A stretch of 63,226 nucleotides of DNA, the filler included, from Squatina squatina (Eukaryota): the NCBI GenBank assembly GCA_031763465.1. It is 4 parts of 4 records of this genome, joined end to end, with 100 filler letters (N's around TTAATTAATTAA, not from the genome) between each part and the next. Parts side by side here need not be neighbours in the genome. Positions count along the whole stretch, not along the records: positions 1 to 13,903 come from JARFOE010000073.1; 3 more parts are not named here. One strand, 5' to 3'. Positions 1-11,919 of the stretch are shown piece after piece. The position numbers were made by a program, and so were the translations under genes. Within the stretch, counting starts at the first letter, position 1; each line of letters begins with the position of its first letter. The notes under the pieces are model-generated. The model searched no databases. It worked only from the letters and a program-made list of their open reading frames with translations, and was not told where the DNA came from.

Positions 1-387
1 TATTGCTTCAACAGTTTAATCCTATAAAATGTTGAAAAACCTGTCTTGCTTTCATAGTCTAAAAGTTACAATTACAACACAATGCTACAGTGCCTTTCCT
101 CCTGTGCCTAGTCTGTCAGCATGCAGGTAGTGTCTCAGACTGAAATAAAATAATAATTATTTTTCTTTTAAAATGTTCATATAACCTACTACAGCTTAAA
201 ACACTACAAATCCTAAAATTATTTTATTCTGTTAGCTGTCAAGCTGGTTCATATTACTTAGAAATTATGCACAGTATAAAGGTAAGAACAGAGGAGGTAG
301 GCCATTCAGCCCATCTAGTTCATCCTTCCATTGAGATTTACGGTTTCGCCATCATAGAAATAGGTACACTGAAGTACCAGTGTGATG

Positions 388-650
388 TTTGGTTCAGGTG
401 GTAGTAGTCTTACCTCCAAGTCGAAGGAAGTGGGTTCGGCCCCTCAAATGAGAAGTTTGAGCTCATAAACTAAGACACCATTTCAATGCCTTTAGATGAG
501 ATGTTAAAGTGAGGCTGTGTTCCAGTGTTTTAGGTAGATGTTAAAGATCTAGTTAAAGAGCAGCAGAGAGTTTTCCCTCCAAAAACAGACTGGGGGATCC
601 TGCTGTGCACAAACTTGCTGCTGCCTTTGCCTTCATAACTCGGGCACATC
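388..650 (+). mobile_element. Degenerate tRNA-derived Deu-domain SINE (SacSINE1-like)
   Basis: Decayed head (GGTTCAGGTGGTAG...GGGTTCG), Deu core (TAGATGAGATGTTAAA...GATGTTAAAGATC) and TGCTGTGCACAAA tail, matching the better copy at 21233-21605. Boundaries approximate. Confidence 0.6.
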
Positions 651-719
651 AAAGAATTTCACTGTGACCCTTGCTTTAACTGTAGTGTGTTGGTATAAAT
701 GGCAGTGCAGGTGAGACAA

Positions 720-1250
720 AAACAATTTGCATTTATACAGTACTCCTCATGTTTAGAAAATGTTTCAGAGCTTTTACAATGAGGAGGACACAGTAGGCAC
801 CAAGGATTGGAAAAGGGAAGATAAATAGAGAGACTGGAATGGGGAACCAAAGGATTCGTTGAAGAGGAGGTTTTTGAAATCAGGAAGGAAGGTTTACATG
901 GTGGAGTCAACTGGGTAGAGAATCTGAGAGGGCAGGACTGTAGTGGCTGAACAAGCAGCCACCAACAGTGGAATGGACAGAGTGAAGGATGGGGAGAAAT
1001 CTGATGGTCGAGGAAGGGAGTGTGAAGGGACATAAGGCAGGAGGAGATCACTAAGGTAGAGTGGCAAAAGGTCATGGAGTAATCTGAAACAAAGATGAGA
1101 ATTTTGAAATTGACACACTGTGGCAAGATGAGCCATGAGAGCTTGGACAGGATGAGGAGCGCAGGCTGCTTGCTTTGGATAAGGACACAGACCAGCATTT
1201 TGGCAACAAAAGGGGAGAGATAGAGGCATGGATGAGCATTATCACGGCGA
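720..1250 (-). mobile_element. L2-clade LINE 3' fragment
   Basis: Reverse complement ends in the L2/SINE-type tail (...TATAAATGCAAATTG), preceded by degenerate RT C-terminal-like sequence. Boundaries approximate. Confidence 0.5.
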
Positions 1251-4200
1251 CCTGTTAGAGGAGTGTCTTATTCCTAATGCAATACATCTGTAACCCGCTG
1301 TCACTAAATTCTCTCACGTGTGCCCATGGTTTCTATTTGTGATAAACAGAACACCTCCCAGCAATACACTCTGGTAGCAGGTGAAAATAGTCACCACAGC
1401 AAATGAATTCTGCTGGGCAGATTACTTGATTTGTTGGATAGCCACAATGAAAGAAGCATTTCTGAATTTTAATTGGTGATGGTGGATTTGCCATTGGCAC
1501 CAATACTTTAGAACATACTGATTTGTAGTGTGTTAAGCANNNNNNNNNNACATAACGAATAACTGTAGTGATTCACTAACAGAACACTTACTAATAAAAA
1601 AAAACTTTTTGAAGACTATTAAGCAGATTTGCTATCACAGCAAACTTTTCAGCAATGATTTATAATGCTTTAAAACTGAAGATTAACAGTATTATTGCAC
1701 ACATGAGGTTCCTTAGTCTTCCACTGCCAAACTTCCTGTTGACTTCATCAGCAGTGTTCCCTCTAAGGGCAAAAGTTGTCCATGGGGGGCTAGGTGTNNN
1801 NNNNNNNNNNNNNNNNNNNNNNNNNNNNNNNNNNNNNNNNNNNNNNNNNNNNNNNNNNNNNNNNNNNNNNNNNNNNNNNNNNNNNNNNNNNNNNNNNCTC
1901 CGATTGTGCGCATGCAGTTGGAAGCAAGGATTTGAAAAGCAAATTTACAATATTTTTCCTGCAATCCCTGATTCACTGCTAGGCTAAATGTTCCATCCGT
2001 CCCTTAATCCAGTATAATTCAACATCTGAAGCATTAAAATACTAGAAATTTGCCAGCGAAAAATGGAAATATTAAAGTTTACAGGCTACTGTCGGAAGAG
2101 AAAGTTAACTGCGGTGGCAACTATTTTCCCCTGATAATAAGCTGGCGCTGTCCATAGGTAGTAAGATTCCAACAAAAGTAGTTTTAAATGATCCAGTTTG
2201 CTGAGGTATATCCTTAAACAGCTGTGCAGATCTTAATGTCTATCAGTATAATGAGAAAAATAATGTTTTAAGTTTATAAGTTTTAGTTATATTTAATATT
2301 TGGTTCATAGAAATACTGTACAACATAATTCTTTGAGGGCAGAAAGAATCTCATTAATGAATGATATTACATTCTGAAGAAAGTAAGTTGCGTGACTTGT
2401 TTTAATAACTTGTGAGAGTTTTTCCCACTCCCATAAGAAGTCAATAGAGGTTTAAACTCTTGTACACAAGACCTGTTAATGCAACCATTAATTTCCAATA
2501 AAACTGTCAACTAAGTGTCAGATCATGTGAATTTAGACAATCAGCCAACTAATTTAAACTGTCAGCTCTAAACCTACAAATAAGTTACTACTGACAACGC
2601 AAACACTGCAACACTACTCTTAATACTGAGCCTGCCAGTACAAACTGCAGGGAATTCTTAAGCCAACACCAGTAAATTGTTATTTGCTAAAAAGAGCTGT
2701 TAGAGCCTGCAATACCAGCCTCAACTCTGACTATTTTTCAAGCTTCCAAGGCTTTCACCATACATCATGGCTCCAAAATTCCATGTGGCATGTTGCACCA
2801 GATTTGCATCAACGCGTCTGGAGTTGCACCTTCTGCTGTTCTGCAGAGCTGAATCTGCCAAAATGTGTTAAGTCAGCTCATTTAAATATCCAGTGCCGTC
2901 TCTCTAGGACAAATCCTGAATAAAAATGGGAATACTGTGCAGGTGGTGCTTTGGAAGTTAGAATGCAACCTTTAAAAATGCTGTTCTAGCTGAACATTGC
3001 AGCAGCAGTCTGAGGTAGCAGTAGCTAAGTGGGAAAATGTTTGGATTGCTGACTTTATTGCCAGATAGTTGCAGTGGATGGTACACGTGTGAATTTTTTC
3101 CCACTTTTTGAACACGTCTTCTATACTGGAGGATTTGGAGCANNNNNNNNNNNNNNNNNNNNNNNNNNNNNNNNNNNNNNNNNNNNNNNNNNNNNNNNNN
3201 NNNNNNNNNNNNNNNNNNNNNNNNNNNNNNNNNNNNNNNNNNGATTAAGGCGCTAAAAAGTGGTGCACTGTTTTTAGCGTGGCGCTACCAAATTTCACCC
3301 CCCCAAAGACTAGGCTTATTCATGAAGAATGACCAATTGATTGAAGTACTGGAGCGCTGCCAGTTAATGTGAACCCATTGTCCGGTAAGAGTCAGCACCT
3401 TCAGAAGAAGGGGAGAAAAGAAGAATTTGGGGAAAAAAGGCTGTAAATCTTTAATGATTTACAGATGGTTTCCAGCTCCAGCAGCCTCCCACAGCTGTTT
3501 CTAAACACAGCGGCAAAAGAGACAGTTAGCAGTCTTCACTTGTGACTCAGATTTGGTGCTGCCGCGTCACACTGAGCAAACTGAAAATCTACACAATATA
3601 GATGCTCAAAGTAAATCAAAACTGTACATCCTTATTACCAACTTTTGCAACATAAAACTACATTGATGCTTCAAAAATATTTCTTAAGGATTGCAATTTT
3701 TAAAAATCCATTGTGCTTACACATTTTGTATTATTATTGAAGTCTTTTGAAATACACCCTATGCACAGTTGGTACAGTATGTAAAGTAAGTTTGAACAAT
3801 ATGACTATAAATTACAATAAGCAATGCCTTTACAACCTAAAGCTTGAGTTGGATACAATTCCTTACAAACAAACATCTAACTTCGAGCTGCCAAAAGGGC
3901 AATTTTGAATCCTCTATGGCATCTTTATAAAAGCTCTTGTTATGGATAAAGCAGTAAGTACACATTGGAGAATGATTCTCGAATTAAATAAAGCAATCTT
4001 GTCACACAATAACTGTGTTCTGGGGCAGAATTTTCTGCTGCTACAGACTGTTTCCTTGGCCAGAATAGTCCTTGTTTGTTTTTGAGGTGTTTTCTGTACA
4101 AATCCCAACTGCTATATACACCCACATTGTCTACCATTATGAACAAGCGCTGCAGGCAACATTGAAAAATGATTCATATGAAATGAATCAGTTTTTATCT

Positions 4201-4601
4201 GTTTAACTTGTCACAACTTTTAAGGAAAGATGATTTTTGTTTTCTTTCTAACACCTTTGAATGTCAAGTCTTTCTTTATTTGCTCACGGAATGTGGTAAG
4301 GCTCATTAATTGCCCATCCCAAGCTGTCCTCAGAAGGTGCTGTTGTGCAACCTTCTGCATTGCTACAGTCCTTGCAGTGATGGTGCTGTCAGGATGACTA
4401 GTGGTGAATTCCAGGATTTTTCATTTAAAAATGAAGGAATGACAATATATGTACAAGTCATGATAATGTGTGGCTTGAAGGGGATGATGGTATTCCCATG
4501 GTATTACTGCTCTTGCCCTTTGGGGGTGGTAGAGATTGCAGGGCAGGGAGGTGATGTTGAAGTAAGCTTGGTAGGCTGCTGCAGTGCAGCCCAGAGAGAC
4601 T

Positions 4602-5350
4602 GGGCCAGATTTTGCTGTCAAAATAGCGGTGAGTTTAGTGGTGCTCGCCGTTATACAATGTGTAAATGGTACAGCAACGTCAGACAAGGGGCAGATGTGT
4701 GGTTAAATGGCAGTATCCAAAAGTTTCTGTTCAAGTTGCACCACTCCACTGTTAGCTTTGTGAAAATGGCATTTTGGCGTCTGCCTCACCATTGACATGC
4801 ATTGAATGTTGTGAATTTACTGTATTTGCATGGTAAATATGAACTAAACCCGCCACAGGAATTTAAGTCTTGTCATTACAACTGTAAGTACCCTTATAAT
4901 AATGTTAATCACTGCCACTCAACCTCCCTCGCACTGAAAGTTAACTATTTTGGAGTCTCATCCATCATATTAACTATTGTTGGAGATTTTAAGAATGTCA
5001 GCTTTTACAAAGAGTAACTTTTCCTTTCTCTCTTAATCCAATCTTTCTTTCCTTCTTTATTTCTCTTTCTGTACTGATTTGAAATTGAATTCACCCACTC
5101 TAATTTACACTTCCTTCTCAGACCTTCCGCTGTTTGTTTCTCAATCATTTCAATCTGATTGGCTAAGGAGATACACAATTGTTTGCCCTGTTCACTCAGG
5201 TCCCAGATGCCCGGTTTCTCTTGCTGCGCTGTTATCAGCTTGCTCTTTCAGCAACTTAATGGGCAAAAATATTTTGAGCTGAGGGGCGCAAGGGCAAGTC
5301 TAACTAACGGCAGATGCTGTTAGATGCCCTGCTACAGCAAAATCTGGTCC
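4602..5350. mobile_element. Non-autonomous DNA transposon (MITE, probably PIF/Harbinger-related)
   Basis: Terminal inverted repeats TGGGCCAGATTTTGCTGT (4601-4618) and ACAGCAAAATCTGGTCCA (5334-5351) match at 17/18; no ORF; a related left end starts at about 51670. Confidence 0.7.
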
Positions 5351-5660
5351 AATATATATTGCGGCTACAGTGTGCTGGCGGTGGAAGTTAAATAATTAAA
5401 TTCATTTTGGGGTAACATGGTTCAAAACACTTTGTAAAATCTATTGCTATCAGAATTTATATATAACTTTCAAATGTCATGTGGTTTCATAAAACAAACA
5501 TCTGCCATACCAATAAAATTCAAAAATCCAATGAAAAAAGTACCTATTTTTCAAAAATATATAAGGGAATAAACAATTGGTCAGGGAGAGAGTACATGGG
5601 AGAGAACAGGATAGATTTTATTAAACCAACTAAGTGGAAAATATTGTTGGGCCAGCTGAC

Positions 5661-5735
5661 CTGATATACACTCCATCACAAGCTCTGTAAAATCAGCCTT
5701 AATGTCTCTCCACTGAGCTGTGAGCCAGTTCTTTC
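5661..5735 (-). CDS. Candidate 75-bp symmetric (phase 1-1) exon of an unidentified gene: (G)KNWLTAQWRDIKADFTELVMECIS(G)
   Basis: Strong acceptor GTTTTTATGTCTTTCCACTTCTCAG, donor G|GTCAGC, one open frame; peptide not recognised. Confidence 0.3.
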
Positions 5736-8196
5736 CTGAGAAGTGGAAAGACATAAAAACAAGAAAAATACTGGGTAACTTGTTCATTGCTTTTCAGAGA
5801 GACAGAATTGGGTTAGCTGTTTGATATGTGCTGGATGTTTGAATTATGAGGAGGCTTTAAGGTAAGCAATCTTACTTTCTTCCTTTTACAGGATCCTCCA
5901 CATACCACGCATATTATACCTAAGCAACGCCCTTGAAAAGGATGGATTTTTGACCCTGAGATCACTTAGTAAAATTCTAACAGAGCAAAATTTTGAGTCC
6001 GTGCGCAGATTGGATGGGCGAGTTTTGTGCCAACCCCAATTTATTTGTAGCTAAAGTCAATGTAGGCAAAGGAGAATCCTGAGATGGCATGGTAAAGCTT
6101 ATAAATGACTGTTGATGTTTTGATTGGATGGGGTTCTTGAGAAAAGCTTTATCAATGACTAGCTTGCAAAGGTGCTTCTGTAGACAGATAATCTGGCTCC
6201 CTCAAAATGACACCTGGTTGTGGTTGGTTGTGCTTCTCCNNNNNNNNNNNNNNNNNNNNNNNNNNNNNNNNNNNNNNNNNNNNNNNNNNNNNNNNNNNNN
6301 NNNNNNNNNNNNNNNNNNNNNNNNNNNNNNNNNNNNNNNTCTCACATATGCCCGTTTACAGTTTTCAGTTAAATGTGCAAATTTGCAAAGGTAGAAAAGA
6401 TGCTGTGGCCACAGACAAATCACACAGTGGCTTGATAGGGGGGAAAGAATATGTGGAATGTTAGTATTCACCTGCAATAGTCACACCTATTGTTCTAACC
6501 TGTCTCCCTACAAATTAAAGCAGCCATCTTTCACCACAATTCATTTGTTAAGATAAACTAAAGCTGTACAGCTCATTCACGGTTCACTCATCAGATATGC
6601 AGTAACTATTTGACGTGCTTTGACAGAAACGTCACGTTGACACTTTTACTAATGATNNNNNNNNNNCTGCTGGCATAAAATATTATTCACTTTACTGGAG
6701 TGTTCCCAATATAGGAATTTAGATGGAAATATTACCATTTATAGAGTTTGGAGTGTAGCTGAAATAGAGATGTAAATGATGCCTTTTAAAAAGGGTATGC
6801 ACTTATGGGTTTTTGGACAGGCGGAAAACCTACTTCGCTGAAAATCCCCCAGATGGCCTCTAAGGTTAAATTTATGCTGCTGCAAGCTTTGCATACCTTC
6901 AACAATGGCCATTTCCTGCTTCCTAGTGGTGAGCTCCTAAATGAAGGCAGAAATCCAATGAAAGTCCAACCAGAAATATTTAAATTAAGCTGATCAGAGC
7001 AAATTCACTTAGGTCAACCGTAGGTTAGTCTGAAGGGCCACACCANNNNNNNNNNCAATGTTTGTTTTTGTTTTTGATGTTCTGTGTATATTAAACATAA
7101 AATGCCTACAGCAGTAAAAGTGACAAGTACATTAATTACATCATCATACATCAAGCAAATTTGCAACAGACTTTCGCTGAATAACAGTGAGTAAAGTGCG
7201 AAATCGGCTTTAGGCTAGAAATGACTGTTGGTGATAATAGCAGACAATGTTGAAAGCATTAATGGGTTATGATGTAAATGGGTTAAAGCCACCATTAGAA
7301 TAGCAGACAAAGGAATGTCATAAAAAACATATTAAGCAGTCATCAGCTATAATCACCGATAGTAATTTCTAGTCTTTTATTTCATCACAATTACATGCCA
7401 GAATTTGCACACGATTCCTGCTGAAAGCAGCAGAAAACTCTTTTTGAAACATATTTAACNNNNNNNNNNNNNNNNNNNNNNNNNNNNNNNNNNNNNNNNN
7501 NNNNNNNNNNNNNNNNNNNNNNNNNNNNNNNNNNNNNNNNNNNNNNNNNNNNNNNNNNNNNNNNNNNNNNNNNNNNNNNNNNNNNNNNNNNNNNNNNNNN
7601 NNNNNNNNNNNNNNNNNNNNNNNNNNNNNNNNNNNNNNNNNNNNNNNNNNNNNNNNNNNNNNNNNNNNNNNNNNNNNNNNNNNNNNNNNNNNNNNNNNNN
7701 NNNNNNNNNNNNNNNNNNNNNNNNNNNNNNNNNNNNNNNNNNNNNNNNNNNNNNNNNNNNNNNNNNNNNNNNNNNNNNNNNNNNNNNNNNNNNNNNNNNN
7801 NNNNNNNNNNNNNNNNNNNNNNNNNNNNNNNNNNNNNNNNNNNNNNNNNNNNNNNNNNNNNNNNNNNNNNNNNNNNNNNNNNNNNNNNNNNNNNNNNNNN
7901 NNNNNNNNNNNNNNNNNNNNNNNNNNNNNNNNNNNNNNNNNNNNNNNNNNNNNNNNNNNNNNNNNNNNNNNNNNNNNNNNNNNNNNNNNNNNNNNNNNNN
8001 NNNNNNNNNNNNNNNNNNNNNNNNNNNNNNNNNNNNNNNNNNNNNNNNNNNNNNNNNNNNNNNNNNNNNNNNNNNNNNNNNNNNNNNNNNNNNNNNNNNN
8101 NNNNNNNNNNNNNNNNNNNNNNNNNNNNNNNNNNNNNNNNNNNNNNNNNNNNNNNNNNNNNNNNNNNNNNNNNNNNNNNNNNNNNNNNNNNNNNNT

Positions 8197-8390
8197 ATCC
8201 CTCAAACAACACTACCAAAAAACAGATTAACTGGTCACTTATTTCACTGCTGTTCGTGGAACCTTGACAAGTTGGCTTCTGCATTTGCCTACAAAACAAC
8301 AGTGACTACAGTTCAAAGGTAATTCATTGTGGAGTACTTTGGGATGCCCTGAGGATGTGAAAAGTGCTATATAAATGCAAGTTTTTTTTT
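8197..8390 (+). mobile_element. Deu-domain SINE, 3' half
   Basis: TATCCCTCAAACAACAC...CAGATTAACTGGTCA...AACAGTGACTACA...GCTATATAAATGCAAG followed by a T run. Confidence 0.75.
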
Positions 8391-8551
8391 CTATAGATAT
8401 AATTTTTAGTGGGTTCTTTTGGTAAGACCAGCAACCCATCTACCAACAAAAGCATTTAAGGTAAACCACTCCTTGAAGTGGGTGTCATAAAATTATTTTA
8501 TATATATTCTGAAAACTACAAAAGAAAATAGTCTTGTTGGTTTAACATGTT

Positions 8552-9293
8552 GGGCTACAAATTTGCCTCCTTTGCGCCTTCCATTCATGCCTTTGGGGGG
8601 ACGATAACAGGGTGCTATCAGCTTTGAGAGTGGGCGCAGCGAGAGTACTGACGCCCACGAAATTCCCGTCGAGGTTTGCAGCGGCAGTAACCCCTAGCGC
8701 CACGATCTCCTGCACTCGGAGATCGTGACATCACCGTGCTGCGCATCGCCCCGGACCCGAACTTTGGTTCCGCCCTGCAGCAACACCAATAGCTGCAGGT
8801 GGTGTTGTTAGGGAGGCCGACAGCTGCAGGAGGCGTTGTTAGGGAGGCCGGCTGCTTGGGGAGCAGTACTTAAAGGTGATGATGGTTGCGTCAATAAAAA
8901 ATGTTTCTGAATCCCTTAAGTCAATTTTTCAGCATTTTCTTTGGCTGCGATCCATCAGCCCTGCACTCTGCTAGAGTGCTTGGTGCTGATCGTCATGGAT
9001 CGCGGCTGCCGTCGACAACGAGGGACCTCGTTTCCATGCAGAGCCTACAGCAATGGCCCTTTCCTTTAAGGGGGAGGGGAGGAGTCTCCGTTCCCGGCAG
9101 TGCTGCACCGCTACCACCCCTCTTGCCAGCTTTAGCGTGCCAAAGGAAGTGGTAGCACTTGATTTAGCGCTCCACTTCCTTAGAGCACTAAACCGGAAGT
9201 TCGCATCGGAGGCCCTTGCATAGTACCGAGCGATACTTCTGCGCTACCACAGAAGTTATCGCCTCCAAATGGGAAGCTACACAATTTCTCCCC
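8552..9293. mobile_element. CpG-rich non-autonomous DNA transposon (Harbinger-like MITE)
   Basis: Imperfect ends GGGCTACAAATTTG / CAATTTCTCCCC, repeated TAGCGC motifs, internal 31-bp tandem duplication (8791-8852). Confidence 0.55.
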
Positions 9294-10152
9294 TGTTGCC
9301 TGTTAAATTGGCTAGATTTTTGTGCCCGTGAATTTCTCCTTTAACATTATAAAATGTCTTTAAAAGATGTGCTGGATGCTTTTAGGGTATGTTTGAAATA
9401 CTGTGTTGCATCATATTCTCACCCTTCAGATCAGTTACACGTAAAAGGATTATTTTAAAAGAAATTCCAGAACAAGTACATTTAATTAGTGTCGTGAAAA
9501 ACAAAAGTTTTCTGATGAATCAACAAAGTTAATGCAAGGGTTTCTGTAATGAAGTGGTTCCGCTTTGAGGGGCCAGTGAGAGGTAGTGTTACACAGAAAA
9601 TTCCCTCCAGTGATGGAAGGATAATTTTACAAGGAAGAAGTCACTATACTACAAACATTTTCTATAATACACACTAATAGCAATATCCGGACACTGTATA
9701 CTGTGCTGAGCACAAACTGTGACAAGGAAAATCAATATTCAGAAACAGAAGGAACAGTTAATCTCAAACATCTGCTCAGGTCTAGCCAGTTTAAGAGCTT
9801 GACAGTTTTTTTTCAAATCCTGACATTGTTCAGAACCTTTCCTTAGCTAAAATGCCGGGAAAGGTGGTGTTAACCATTAGCATTTTTCTGAAGATTCCTC
9901 CTATTTCTAGTTTTTTTTTCTAGTGCATATCTTTGCTGTTCCTTTCGACTGACTTTAATTGCGGTCGATGTGCCTTTCGATGATTGATTGTGGNNNNNNN
10001 NNNNNNNNNNNNNNNNNNNNNNNNNNNNNNNNNNNNNNNNNNNNNNNNNNNNNNNNNNNNNNNNNNNNNNNNNNNNNNNNNNNNNNNNNNNNNGACCTGC
10101 TGAGTATTTCCTGCATTTTCAGTTTTTATTTCCGATTCCAGCATTTGCAGTG

Positions 10153-10368
10153 GGATAACTTCCTTGCTCTTCTTCAAAATAGGGATGTGGGATCTTTTAT
10201 GTTCACTTAAGAGTGCAGACGGGGCCTCAGTTTCACGTCTCATCCAAGACTCCACTGCCGACAGTGTGAGTGTCAGCCTAGAACTTTGTGTTCCAGTCTC
10301 TGGAGTGGGACTGGAACCCACGACCTTCTGACTCCGAGGTGAGAGTGCTTCCAGCGAAACTATGGCTG
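10153..10368 (-). mobile_element. Deu-domain SINE (5' half)
   Basis: Reverse complement has the tRNA-like head (GCACTCTCACCTCGGAGTCAGAAGGTCGTGGGTTCCAGTCCCACTCCAG) and Deu core (GGATGAGACGTGAAACTGAGGCCCCGTCTGC). Confidence 0.8.
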
Positions 10369-11537
10369 AGGATGAAAACAACTGCTAAATGGGTGCTGTG
10401 CTAATAAGACACGCCTGTTTGTAAGTCTGGTTTTAGCGCACAATTTTGGTTCTAATTGCTGATTTGCCATAATTTGAAGTTGCTTGGCAGTGCTAATACA
10501 GACACCTGCAGGCTGAGCACTCGAGTGCTGATTAGATGCAATTTTCGTGGTGCTGCTCTGCTTGGCCTCATGTCCTCCTCATATTTCTCAGCCAGAGCAA
10601 GGTGGACCCCTCGCAAGCTGCCCTTGACCAAGCACTTCCTTTCTCCTGATGACTCCTGAAAGGTGGAGTAGCACAGTACGTTCTCCCTTTAGGTAAAGTC
10701 CTCAGAGAATTTCTAGAATAAACGTTGATAGTGTTGAAGTCTTGACAAAGTGTCCCAGAAACTGTCTCAATCCGTTTCAGAAGTCCTCCGTCAAAGCTCC
10801 AGCAAGTGAACGGTAAAAGCTGTTATACCTTTTAAGTAACAGTCAAACTCCTCAGCGACGTCTTGTTTACTCCCAAACAGCTGGTCTCTGTTTGGAGGGG
10901 GTATTAGGACAAACGCTAGCTACCAAAATGCCATGCAGCCTCTTTAACGAGCACTAGCAGGCCAGGCAACTTAAGTATCAATCAGCCCTTTAACGAGCCT
11001 CCAGGCGGCCCATTAGTCGCACACATTTCAACTCTTTTACCGAGCTGGCATCTTGCGCTAAACGTGGGCTAAACCAGCTCAAGAGCCCATCTTGGCCACC
11101 TCGGAATCTCTTTAGTATCCAGGGAGAACCACCCCCATATTGTTTTTATTATCTTGTGTATTCACATTCACTTAGAAATTCTCATTTTCATTACTGTTTT
11201 AATGCAGTTTTACAAAAATGTCATTACTGCCTTTGCCTGTCAACAATGTGCCTTCTCAATAGTATTACCATAGCTCTGCTATTGTGCACTCTATAAGATA
11301 TCTCATTTTTGACTTTAAGCTACACAGCAGATAAGAGGTGCCATTGACTCTCTTCTGGTGCTATAATAACTCAAGAGTAGCCCCGGTTCAGTTCCCAAAC
11401 TCATACAGTGTACAACAGATAAGAAGTACCATTCTCCTGCCTTATAATGTGGTGTCTGCATGTCAGCTTTTGAATGTGGTCCTGAATACTTCTGGCTTGT
11501 ACGGAGTAACATTCACTCACATGTAACATTGGGAATA

Positions 11538-11919
11538 TTAATTAAATATTGGGAAGACCAAAGCCATTGTTTTCAGTCCCCACCACAAACTCCGTTCCCT
11601 AGCCACTGACTCCATCTCTCTCCCCACATCTGTCTGAGGCTGAACCTCACTGTTCGCAAACTTGGTGTCATATTTGACCCTGAAATGAGCTTCCAACCAC
11701 ACATCTGCAACATAACTAAGACCACCTATTTCCACCTCCGTGACATTGCCCATCTCTGTCCTTGCCTCAGCTGAAACCCTCATCCATGCCTTTATAACCT
11801 CCAGACTTGACTACTCCAACGCACTCCTGGTTGGCCTCCCAGGTTCGACCCTACGCAAACTTGAGATCCAAAACTCAGCTGCCCATGTCCTAACTTGCAC
11901 CAAGTCCCGCTCATCCATC
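11538..11919 (+). mobile_element. L2-clade LINE reverse-transcriptase C-terminal fragment (frameshifted)
   Basis: Translates to LNIGKTKAIVF...RNLGVIFDPEMSF...AETLIHAFITSRLDYSNALLVGLP...IQNSAAHVL, typical of L2 ORF2. Confidence 0.9.

Noticed and set aside
5798-5936. Plus-strand exon pair separated by GTAAG...TTACAG
   Set aside because: The implied intron is only about 30 nt, too short for vertebrate splicing.
7369-8299. Long ORFs of 170-320 aa in the ORF track (also 24540-25193 and 26113-27134)
   Set aside because: Made almost entirely of X from N gaps.
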